In this document: positions 11,979 to 24,011 of the stretch, piece after piece
How the letters are laid out: every line of letters starts with the position of its first letter
How positions within the stretch are numbered: the stretch's first letter is position 1
NCBI GenBank assembly: GCA_000697335.1
Contig: JNEM01011078.1
Coordinates: 1-44,412, forward strand
Source: Conidiobolus incongruus B7586
Lineage: Eukaryota
Reading direction: 5' to 3'
Length of the DNA: 44,412 bases
The notes under the pieces: generated by a model
Seen by the model: the letters and a program-made list of their open reading frames with translations, nothing else
Database searches by the model: none
Told to the model about the DNA's origin: nothing
Program-made: the position numbers and the translations under genes

Positions 11979-12776
11979 TTAAGCATTTTTACTTTTCGTC
12001 TTGACCTTTTCCTCTACTAACTTGCGCTTCGTCTTAACGGGAAGTGTCAATTCGATAGGCTTATGAGTAACAGGAGCTTGACCCTGTCTAAATGGACCAA
12101 CATAGGGAATAGTATCCCATCTCAAAGAAATGGTAGCGGTGTTATTCCTAATACATAAATTAATAACAATAATATATCCATATATAATGTAAAAAACTAC
12201 TTAATATTGGAAGTAATATCAGTGAAAGCGTACTCAAAGCGCTTATTCTTAAACTTCAATCTAGCTTTCTCCTTCTTTTGAATAATATCGTCCCAAAGTA
12301 CAATATAGTTTTTATCCTAAAACCCAATAAATAACATGGAAATTATCATATTGTATATTATTATTTACATAATTTTCGTTCTGATATTCGGCAACCAAAT
12401 AAACAAACAATTGTTTAGTGTTCCAATGGAATAAATGAGTCAAATCTATTCATTCATAAATATTTAGGAATTAATAAGTATAGCTATTAATATTTACCAG
12501 CATCTAAATTGAAATTTCCTAAGACGAAATCTGCATTGCCAGTATAATAATCTTGATAGTGGTGACCATGACGACCTGTAGACCTAACCCAAAATTAATA
12601 AAATAAAAATATTAAATATATTCAATTATGTACACTCTGATATCTTTCATCTTAATAATAGCTTCGGCATCATTAGTGAATAAATAGCTAGAAGCTGCCA
12701 ACAATGCTAATAGGACACCGATTGCAGTATTAAAGTAGCCAAATACTAGGGAAGCTCTAATTGTTAAATTATGCAT
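11979..12776 (-). CDS. SPC3: Signal peptidase complex subunit 3 (SPC22/23); exons 12776-12634, 12583-12498, 12445-12369, 12316-12201, 12147-11979
   Basis: Spliced translation starts MHNLTIRAS with a TM helix, then has FNLDADLTHLFHWNTKQLFVYLVAEY, IVLWDDII and LRWDTIPYVG. It is absent from the ORF track. Confidence 0.93.
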
Positions 12777-13215
12777 ATTAACTATTATTATAATTATTAA
12801 TTGAATAAAATTAATAAAAAAAGAGTGAATTTATATTAATTTTATGACGTTAATTTTAATTGAGAGAAAGTTTGTGTCAAAATTTAATTGGATTAACTTG
12901 AACTGGAAGGGATATTTAATCCAATCAATTAGTTTGAATTGTAGAGATTTAACTTGGAAAATTATCAAAAGAATTTATAAGTTAATAATAGGATCAATGT
13001 ATTAAATATTTATTATATTGATAATTATAAAACTGAATAATATTTAAAAGTTGTTGATATTTAGAAAATATATTCATTTGATAAATATAATGATTTTATT
13101 TCAACTATATTAAATTCAAATGACTAATTTACCCATAATAATTTTCATGCCAATTTGACAATTTATAAATCTTAATAATTGTTGCAAATAATCCACCAAA
13201 TAATGGTATTTGAAT

Positions 13216-14156
13216 ATGAGTGAAAGAGTAACCTTTAACTATTTACCAGGTGTCTCTATAATTTACAATTTTATCAATGAACAAACTGAATTAAATTTAA
13301 TTAATGAAATTGATCAACTGCATTGGGGTGGAAAAGGTCAAATGTATGTATCATTAAAAATTTGATTAATATATATTAATGAAAATGGTAGTCCCAATCC
13401 CGAACTCAAGAGAAGGACGCAGCATTTCGGATATTTATTCAGCTATCGATACCGGTAAATCTCAGCATTATAATATTGATTATATAGTATTAATACTATG
13501 GAATAGAAAAGTTGAAAAATCTTTAGGGGAATTTCCAGAATTTTTGAAAAATATTAACAATTTGATAAACAGTGAAGTACCTGAACATATTGATTTAAAT
13601 TCAATTATAATTAATGAGTATGAATTGGGACAAGGTAATTAATAAATATTAAAATAACTGTTAGATATTAATGTATTTAATTTGTTTTAGGTATTATGCC
13701 ACATACAGGTAAATATAATCTAAAAAATTCTTATTTATATATAAATTAATCAATAAAATGAATAGATTCTGCAGAAATTTTTGGTCCCACCATATCAAGT
13801 TTATCATTATTATCACCATGCAATATGACATTCATTCCAAAAAGATCAAAAGTATTAGATTTAGAATCAAAGGGTTTAGAAATTCATAAAATTCATATTC
13901 ATTTACGTAATTATTTAGATTGTATATCTGTGTTATAATAGCGATTAATTAATATTTAATAGCTAGAAGATCTCTAATCATATTACAAGGGGACAGTCGT
14001 TACGAATTCCAACATTCTATATCCAAAGACCATACTGAAAATTATCCCAATCCCACCAACGGTACATTAACTGAAAATACATTTGATAGAAATCGTCGAG
14101 TATCATTAACTTTTAGAACCATATTAAATACTGAAGAATTTGATAATCAACAATAA
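13216..14156 (+). CDS. AlkB-family 2OG-Fe(II) dioxygenase (stand-alone ALKBH8-like domain), 223 aa; exons 13216-13343, 13392-13454, 13507-13634, 13691-13708, 13766-13906, 13963-14156
   Basis: Spliced translation gives LPGVSIIYNFI, KRRTQHFGYLF, IINEYELGQGIMPHTD (HxD), ISSLSLLS, LPRRSLIILQGDSRYEFQHSI and RRVSLTFR. Exon lengths sum to 672 nt in frame. Confidence 0.9.
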
Positions 14157-14199
14157 AATTATAAACATTCAAAGAATTACAATATTTAATAAAAAAGAA

Positions 14200-14841
14200 T
14201 TAACATTTGAAACCCAATTGGTGCTCCATAGCAGTGTGGAAATCGTATTGAGCTCTCTCAATTTCACCAGCTAAAAGAGACATTAGTCAAAGCTTTAATA
14301 TAAAATAAGAATATATTACTGTTTAAGAAGTCTTCAACATCGATAGTTTCGTCCTTACCTAGCAAGATATCAAGACCCAAATTGGAACTTGGAAGGAGGG
14401 CTGGTCTTTTAAACTAACATAATATTAATAAAAATTAATTAATAATATAAAGTTAGTAATTATACTTTGCTAAGTGCGTCAATTTCCATCAAAGTTCTGA
14501 AAGGGGAATGTAAACCAGCAGTCTGTCTTCTCATATTTAATTTGAGTTGGAGTTGAGATTTTTCAAACTAATTACCAAATTAATAAATTATTAACATAAT
14601 TTTTTTTAAAATGAATGTTACATTTTCTAAACGCTTCTCCAATGGGTGACCTTCAACAACTTCACTGGCAATAGATTTTAAACCGTATCTGAGGGAGTCG
14701 TGAACACCATACTCGTTGGCGGTAGCTTCTAAACTCTTTTGGATTTTGGATTCACTGGCATCCAATTGAAGTCCCAAATAATCTGACTAATCATCAATGT
14801 TACTATTATTGAATTCAGTAGTATTAGTATTTTATTACCAT
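14200..14841 (-). CDS. UMP1: Proteasome maturation factor UMP1/POMP; 5 coding exons, the first being the ATG only (14841-14839)
   Basis: Spliced translation gives GVHDSLRYG, HPLEKRLENF, GLHSPFRTLME, SNLGLDILLGKDETIDVEDF and HTAMEHQLGFKC*. Confidence 0.92.
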
Positions 14842-15066
14842 TTCGTTATGGTTTAACTCTTATTTAAAATTACTATTAAAAATTTGTTTTTATTCAATGA
14901 ATATAATAATTTCCAATTTAAATCTTGGAAAGGTTGACGTAATCTAATCTAATTATTATGGGATTATTCTGTTTGAATCATTCCTAATTATCGATTTTTC
15001 AAATTTTATGTAGCCAAAAAAATGCTTAATATCAATCCGATGCCGTTGACTGGATTTCTAGTAGTC

Positions 15067-15203
15067 CTGAGCATGCTTAACGTTATTTAATCAAGAACTA
15101 GATAAATCATCACTTGAAGCACAGATACTTGGATATTATTTTGTCATGATATTTAGTTTCAAACAATATAACATTAATTGGACAATTGTTATCTTTTATT
15201 TAA
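15067..15203 (+). repeat. Copy 1 of a ~137-bp dispersed direct repeat (copy 2 at 19153-19289)
   Basis: Ungapped alignment at offset 4086, about 83% identity by hand count, including an identical 28-mer CACAGATACTTGGATATTATTTTGTCAT. Confidence 0.9.
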
Positions 15204-16228
15204 GGCTGAAAAGAAAATAAAAAACCAATATCTATATCAAAAGTGTAAAATTAAAGTCAAAACAGTCATTTTAAAGATTTAAGCGAATTTTAGTCAACAA
15301 AAAAGCGCACCTCTTGTGCAAAATAATCATTTATAATAAATATCATATTAGCAAAATATATGAAATTTACTGATATTTGCATATTTAACTTAGATTAAGC
15401 AAGATTTTCAAGTGTCCTCAACGCCATATAAAAATAAATCAAGATGACAATGTTGCTAGAAGGATACTCTTTCACTATCTAACAATCAATTGAGCTAGTC
15501 TTCAAGGGCTGGCATTGATGCTTACCACTTTGGGATCACCAGAGTTCATGCATTATTTGAACAAGAGAGATGAAATATGATCAATTTTAGACAAATTTAA
15601 TTGTAAGCGAAAACTTTAACTTTAATTACCTACATAATTGTTAAAATTATATTCCTAAAAAGTTTATTTTCTTAATATTTTTATTATTATAATGCTTGAA
15701 CTGGATTTGAATTGACTCAAAAAGTAAATATTGAATTTTGCAGATTTCAAATAAAAAAAATTATATATTTATATAATAAGGTTTATTATTATGATAAATT
15801 TCCACTTTATTTCATATGTCAAAAATTCGATATATTTTATTATTTTTCATTAATTTGGTATTCAGATTAATTATTAATAATAACATTTGAAAATTCAAGT
15901 GCTGATAATCTCCTGATGCAATATTACTAATCAATTATCCATTTATTATTCAATATAAATTGACATTCTTGTATATGGATCATTGAATTCTAAATTTCTC
16001 AAGGATAAAATATCTTATATCATATTTACGGGATGGAATTAATAATTTGTAGTTTTTAAATTATTGAGAGTTTAATGAATTTATCAGGATATTAAATTTT
16101 TTAAATCCTGTGAATTGATGTTACTAAACTTTAACCGGTTATGATTAAGTTCAATTTCTTGTATAAATACTGGATATGCCTTAAATTTTAAGTCAAGCTT
16201 AAAATCGAAAAAGAATTTAATATTAAAA

Positions 16229-17284
16229 ATGTATCAAACTCAATTTAATGAAATTCACGCTTACGCCTGTCATGCACCTGGCGAAAAATTAGTTCCTTTC
16301 ACTTATCAACCCCGACCATTAGGAGACAATGATGTCGAGCTTAAAATCTCACACTGTGGTATTTGCGGCACCGATCTTCACACCATGGACAGTGGATGGG
16401 GTCCCAGCGACTATCCCGTGGTAGTAGGCCACGAAATTATTGGCACTGTAACTGCTGTCGGTGCCAAGGTGACGAAGTTGAAGATTGGTGATAGAGCTGG
16501 TGTAGGCCCCAGATCTGGAGCATGCTTGAGGGATGACTGTGAAATTTGCTCAATTGGCGAAGACGCTCATTGTCCCCAGAAGACTAACACATATAATGGC
16601 AAGTGGCCAGATGGGTCTAAATCTTATGGAGGATTCGCTGAAGCTATTCGAGTGCAATCAGATTTAGCCTATAAGATTCCAGAGCAAATTGAATCTAAGT
16701 ATGCTGCTCCATTGATGTGTGCTGGGATCACCGTATTTACACCAATGCTCAGATATAATATTGGCAAGGGAGACACCGTTGGTGTGATTGGAATAGGAGG
16801 CCTCGGTCATTTGGCAATTCAATTCGCTAACAAGCTTGGGGCCGAAGTGTATGCAATTTCCAGTTCGTCCCGCAAGAAAGACGATTCTTTAAAACTTGGA
16901 GCCAAGCATTTTATTAACGTCTCAAACGAAGAAGAATTAAAGAGTATCAAAAACAAGCTCAAGTATTTAATCATTACAAATAATGCGGACAACAGTCCAT
17001 GGGATCTCTATGCCAGTTTCATGAAATTACAAGGTACCATAATTATGTTAGCAATCCCTAATGCACCTATCCAAATTCACGGTACGAGTATTGTGATCAA
17101 AAATGTGTCATTGACGGGATCTCTAGTTGGATCCATTCGTGAAGTTCAAGAAACCTTAGCGTTTGCTGCAGAGCATAATATTCGTCCTCTAATTGAAGAA
17201 TTGCCAATGTCCAAGGTGAATGAAGGAGTCCAGAAAGTGAGAGATGGCAACGTGCGTTACAGAGTGGTACTTCATAATGAATAA
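16229..17284 (+). CDS. NADP-dependent zinc alcohol dehydrogenase (cinnamyl-ADH / ADH6-7-like MDR), intronless
   Basis: CGICGTDLH, GHEIIG, four-Cys structural Zn lobe, APLMCAGITVF, GIGGLGH, SSSSRK (NADP preference) and GNVRYRVVL. Confidence 0.93.
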   Translation: MYQTQFNEIHAYACHAPGEKLVPFTYQPRPLGDNDVELKISHCGICGTDLHTMDSGWGPSDYPVVVGHEIIGTVTAVGAKVTKLKIGDRAGVGPRSGACLRDDCEICSIGEDAHCPQKTNTYNGKWPDGSKSYGGFAEAIRVQSDLAYKIPEQIESKYAAPLMCAGITVFTPMLRYNIGKGDTVGVIGIGGLGHLAIQFANKLGAEVYAISSSSRKKDDSLKLGAKHFINVSNEEELKSIKNKLKYLIITNNADNSPWDLYASFMKLQGTIIMLAIPNAPIQIHGTSIVIKNVSLTGSLVGSIREVQETLAFAAEHNIRPLIEELPMSKVNEGVQKVRDGNVRYRVVLHNE

Positions 17285-19152
17285 TTTTCCAACTAAATTC
17301 AATTTAATAATACATAATATATTTTCTTATTATACAAATTTGAAAATATTTATCGCATCTTTTTCCTTTGGATAAAACAGAACAAAGAATCAATCCTGAA
17401 AAACATTGCAAGGATACACCATTATTCAGCCACACACAAAAATTCCTAGATTCATTTTGAATACACTTGTAGCTTCTAGCATTGAAGCCTAATTTTTGGT
17501 TTAACTAATTCAAACTACATTTCTACCTCCAGAACTTCTAAGAATAACACTACTATTTCAACGTGTTACTAAACCTATCTTCTTGTCCTATTATAATTTA
17601 TTCAATTCAGTATACTTTAGTTAATCAAACTCAGTTTTGCTACAATATTATCATTATTATTTATTTTATCCATCATTGCATAACTTTACACCATGGCACT
17701 CGCTCGACCCACTTCAACGGATATACAATTAGTTGCATATACCGAACCTGATCATCTAGCCATTGCGACCCAACTGGTCCTCATGACCCTCAACCTTGTA
17801 AAACACATAATCATCTATAACTCTAATCATTAAGATAGAATCCTGGGGCTGGTATTGATGCCCATCGTCAATCTCTTACACTATCAATATTAACAAAATG
17901 AAAAAAACTTTTACCTCGCTTAATGTTAAGACCTAATAATATAAATTTGTAAAATTCACATTTTAATTGCAATACATCATAAAAATCTTAATAATCTACA
18001 AAAAAAATTTAATGCTAATAAATTCATTATTCTCATTAAAACAGATATTTAATTTTTGTCATGAAATGAATTAATATACCTTTCCTATTCCTTCAGCATT
18101 ATGTTATAACCTAGAAATCATGGGCAGTATAATACTATAAATGATCATCCTCAAAATAATTCTCCAACTTCCCTATTATATCTGCTGCCAGCATACCCTA
18201 TAATGGGCCTCGTACTATTTGACATTAATACATATAGATCTCAATTTACTCTTCATGAACCTACCTGTCCCATATTCTATTCAACTTTATGATCACACTG
18301 TAGCCACTGCTATCGCGCGAGGACTTGTTAAGCATGATTCCATCTTCGTTATCTTGTTTCTGCAAGTAAGCACTGCTCGCATTGCTGGAAGAATGACTGC
18401 CGTAGCGCTTCGAGAGCTCATGCCGGCGACAATTTGAATAGAAAATTTTTAATACCTAATATTGTGACAATTATAGTTCCAATCTGAATAGTTGATTATC
18501 ATCAAAATTGATTAATTTGACTTATAGTTGTTCAATTAATTAATTTTCCAAACATTAATATATTTAATTTCAATTGTATATTTAATTATAATATAATTGT
18601 AATATAGCAGATTATATTGTAATTTATTTTATTCACATAAAATTTTAAATATTGAAATTAAATCTATCATTATTGATTATTTTGTTTAGATATTATTAAA
18701 ATTAAATTAATATTTTTTAAATAATATATTATAAAATATTTTGAATAAATTTTACCATATTATAAATATAGCAATTAAGTTATAAAGTGAATAATATGAA
18801 ATAGTAAATATTGAAATATATAGCTCTTAATTTAAATCTCAAATATGACAAGCATAGATAATATTGATTTGTATTTAACCATAGCTAATCTTGAGAATAA
18901 TTCTGTAACCAACAATACAATCATTAACTCATTAAATACCTTGATTGAATTCAGACATTGGCAATCCTACAACAAAAAGACGAATACCGTGTTAGCTATC
19001 AAATTGAAGTATTTATTCAATTTAATGGATAGACCTAATGAATGAACGATTCATTGAGATATTCTTCATCACCAAGCTCACTGAATGAATGGCAATATGT
19101 CTCAGAAATCAATTACAAAATAATTATATTGTTTCCAGAACTTCCACTGGTT

Positions 19153-19289
19153 CTGAGCATGCTAATCTTAATTTAATCAAGGATTAGATAAATTATCACT
19201 TGCAACACAGATACTTGGATATTATTTTGTCATAGTATTTAGTTTCATTCAGTATAACACCAATAGGGCTGTTGTTATCCTTAGTTAAA
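19153..19289 (+). repeat. Copy 2 of the ~137-bp dispersed direct repeat
   Basis: Aligns without gaps to 15067-15203. Confidence 0.9.
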
Positions 19290-22200
19290 TATAAACAACT
19301 CTGATTATATTTTTGCATTCAAAATACAAATATGTTGGAATCTTATTCAGAAGGATTAGATATTGTGATGGAGTTGGAAAAGTTAGAATTATATTAATCT
19401 CAGTTGGATTTAAGCTTTATTTCAATACTAATATCCAAAAACTGTTTAGTCAAGGAAAAAATAGTATCAAATTTAAAAGTATAAAATATGTTTGTATAAA
19501 CCTTTTTTCTAAAAAATAAAAATAAAACTTTAAACAATAAGTTCAATGCTTCAAACAAATTTCCCAAAATATGATATTATTTGGGATTTTTGATGAAGAA
19601 TTAGATATCATTATTATAAATTGAAAACTTAATTATAACGAATGTACAAAGGAACTATATTTGAAGATATTATAGATATGAAATTTTTAAATCCATTTTT
19701 AATAAATAACAGGTGTAAAAATTAATATTTTCAATTACACTTTAATTTTACGATGTTTAGGGATATCTTTTTTATAGTTAATAATCATTTTGTACTGAAG
19801 AATAGTATGATTAATATAATGAAAGACAAAATAATGTGCTATAATTAATTTTAATAAATATATAATAATAAAATAACAAAAAAAATCTCCAAGGGAAATA
19901 AAGCATTCAAACTTTCTCTACTTTTGAGTAAATAAAAATATCAGAAATTGGTTTAAATCAATATTGTAGTTTTGATATTATTTTTCACCCAGGTTAAAAT
20001 GGACAGTATTTTTAAATTAATATAGAAAAGTCCAATATTTTAAAATAAAAAATTTTGAGTAAAAATTAATAGCATATAAAAACTTCTTATATATCCTTTA
20101 AAATGAAATAATATATAATCTCTGAAAAATATATTACATTGGTTTCTTTATATACTTATAAGTTTAAAATAGAGATATAGAAGTAAACAAATTAAATCAG
20201 AATTGATTATTACTTTGGCTACATTATATATACATGTTTATCATTTTGTTTATTTAAATAACGATCTATTTCAAATAACTAACTCAATGATAGAAAAATG
20301 TAATTATGAACGTTACCTTTAATAGATAACAATTAGTGAATTTGATAATTGTATTCAAATATATACAAAAATAAAAATTATTAATTAAAGGCTATAATGT
20401 AATAAAATAGATCAGTAATTTTGACTTTTGATCCTAGTATATTCAATATTAAACTTAGTTACTTTCATTTCTAAAAACTTTTTCAATAAGGGAGGTAATT
20501 AAAGAAATACATTGATCTTTTTGCTTCTATAGCAAACTAAAAAATAAATAATTTTACATGAGAATCTGTTATAAAAATGTTACAAGATAAAATTATCAAA
20601 AAATTTAAAACTTTATAGTTATGGAATATAATGAACTTATTTGATTAATTATTGAATAATAATATATTGTTATATTCCTTGGATTGAAGAGTATGAAAAT
20701 TATAAAAAATATATAAATTTAATATAAAAGTAAACAATTAATGCTGAGATACTTCTATTATAGATTAAACAAAGCTTACCCAATAATATAAGAGAATAAT
20801 TTTGATATTAGGTAATCATTCCTGACAATCATCATATAAACAAAATATATAATGATTATAAATATTTGCATATAATATTTTAATTAAGCAAAAATATCAA
20901 ATAATCTCAATATAGCTATATCAAAAGAGTAATATAACTAGAGACACTTTTTTTCTATTATAGAGTTAATAAAGCTAATTTTCTAAAAATGATGCTAAGA
21001 TTAATGCTCTTGATGTCTTTAAACTTTATACAAGACTTAAACAAATGAAATTGAATTTAATCAACTTTAGACACTTTTAAATTTAAGTGCTTAGTTGTAA
21101 TATTATAGCAGGTGTTTTTATGTGTTACTTTTAATATTACCTATTATAATTAAAAATTCAAGCTTGTAAAATAATTTAATTAACTTTTCTTATTGACAAT
21201 TTAATTTACATATTAATATATTTTTCTTATATATCAATTAATCAATAAATATTAAATACTTTTCCATCAAACTTTTAGCAAAGTAAAATATAAAATGACC
21301 TAATTTTATATTTTAATATTCTAATTATTATCAGAGTAAATATAGTTTACCAGGTATATATTAAAGGGTCTATAAGTAATATAAAGATTTCATTAAGAAC
21401 TATTAAATTATAACTATGTTTAACTTGAATTTCTTTTATACTTAACTATTATATAGCTTAATTTTATCTGTTTAATAATAATATAAGTATAAATTCATTT
21501 TGGATAAATTATATTATTTTTAATTAAATTTGAATATTAACTTTTAATAATAAAATATAAATTTAAACACTTACTCTATGATTATTTTAGTTTTTAAATT
21601 AGTAAAATTAAAGCCAATGATAATAATAATACTGTTAATTTTGTAATTTTTAATTATTAAACATTATTAAAGACCTATATAAAATAGCAATTGATTTGAA
21701 TTTCCTTATTATAATATAAATTTATGATCAGAAGGAATAATTATTAACTAGCATTATATCAAGTATTAACTGAAAATATAATTAAAACTGGGTTAAAATA
21801 TAATAATAGTGGTATATTTAAATATTATTTCTATTTTTAATAATATAAACACAAACTTAATTTAAGTTTATATCATAGATTAGATAATATATTATATATT
21901 CCTTTAAAGATTAAACTTAATATTTAAAAATATTGAGTTTAATAAAAATAAAATAAATATTAATATAGTTTGGTAATTAAAACCTCCTTATTTTTCAATA
22001 TCAGATCTATATATTAATACTAATTACTTAATTTTTTTGTTTAAACTTTGAAAATTTATTTTCAAAATTATATTTTTTATTTTATAAATTTTAAAAATAA
22101 TAAAGTTTCTTTTTTTAGTCAAAGCTTTGAACTTATATAAATTATAATAATTATTAATATTTATATCTGTTAAATGAATTGAATTTTATAATCAAATTTA

Positions 22201-24011
22201 ATATTCAAATAAATAATTCTTGAATAATTTTTGCTATATTTTTATAATAAATAATATATAAAATATATGGTGTTTTAATTGAAAACCTTTTTATTAATAT
22301 ATAATATTAATTTTTAATAGTTTAAAATATATTCAACTGTTGAAGTTTATTATTACTAGTAATAATTAAAACTGTTTCATATTATTAATAACTAAATTTA
22401 ATGACTAGATTTATTTTTTAAAATATTTTTGTTTTGGAATTTATAGTTAAAATATTGGTTTTTCAACCCAAATACTCCTTTAATCATTGGTAATAAATTA
22501 TCAATTAGAAATTATAATTTATTTATTTCAATAACTCTTAATTATTTTAGAATGGAATTTATAATAATCTATATCTATATTATCCCTTTTTTTGTTATTT
22601 ATAGATTTTTTAATTAAAAAATATAATATCTATACTTTTAGATATATAAATTAATTCTATAATATGAAATAGTATAGTAATAATAAAGTATAAAGATTAT
22701 GCTAGTTTTTATATTAAATAATACCAATGATGTTTGAAATATTTATTAATTTTATTTATATATCATCAATCAATTATAAACTCAAAATAACTTGAATAGG
22801 GTAAGTTAATTTTCAGATCTTTTAGCTTTCAGTTGATTAATTTAATTTATACTTTTATATTTTCAAATCTTTTTCTATCAATTTAAACTTAGGGATATTT
22901 ATGAATAGTTGATTTAAAATACTATGTATAGTATAATATATTAATGAATAGTTTTTGTTTAAATCAGGTAATTTTGAAATTCTATTATATTTAGTTATTT
23001 TGATATTTATTGAAATTCTCCTGGAGAGTTATATTATATTTAGCGAATATTATGAGTTATTAGATCGCTTATTATTAAAAAAATAATGAAACAACAATGA
23101 AATGATTATATTTCATTAAATTATATATGATTTAAATAAGGGAAATTATGTTTTAAACGATTAGATAATTCATGAGTGTAATCAATTAAAAATATATAAC
23201 ATAAATTTATCTATTCAATGTAATATAATAGCCAAGCTTTTGTGATTAATATCAAAATCTTTTCATCACGAATATACTTCAATTAATAATCATTTGATTA
23301 AATTCACTTTATTATAAACTATTTTCATAATCTCATAGTTTTTCAATTCATTTATATTATTATTTTCTGTATTAAATAACAATGTTTTAATTGGATACTT
23401 TGAATTTTTAAATATGGAGTAATTATAACTTAAATTTTTTATAATTTATATTTTATGGAATTTGATCTCATATTAATATTATTAAGGATAATAATTTTCA
23501 TGTTGAATAGCAAAATATGTTTTAATTATTTATAAATCATTGATCTTTCAAACTGAATTTGATTAATTACAATTTGATTGTAATTTTTAATTGGATTATT
23601 TTCCAAAATTGATTTATTATTTTATTCCTGATCTTCGAAATATTTATGGTATTTTTTCCTTCTAATCTAAAATTGACAAATTATTTATCATTTGTTCTTA
23701 AAGCTTATTAACAATTACCTAATAAAGAATAATGATTTTAAATCCCATAAATTAACACTCAATAACCCATTCAACAAAGAATAAATTCAAACTAATGCAT
23801 ATTAACACATTTAATATTTAAAACTACTGACTAAAAATTTTTAATTATTTAATTAATCACCATTATTTCTAACACTACCATTTTATTAAATTATTTATGA
23901 TTCTATTCTTATGTTAAACATCTATTAACAAAAATTCTTTCTTAATATTCTTTAATTTTGTGAATTATCAATAGATTGAACTGCTATTTTGACTATATAT
24001 AAAAATTATAA

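Noticed and set aside
11979..11996. C-terminal KSKNA (KxKxx) ER-retrieval motif on SPC3
   Set aside because: The SPC3 C-terminus is lumenal, so a cytosolic COPI signal is unlikely to function.
7237..17284. Metabolic gene cluster (KMO, AlkB, ADH)
   Set aside because: No backbone enzyme, and the genes are interleaved with unrelated housekeeping genes.
15505..17861. 16-nt near match GGGCTGG(C/T)ATTGATGC at about 15505 and 17846
   Set aside because: Too short and the flanks do not align, so chance cannot be excluded.
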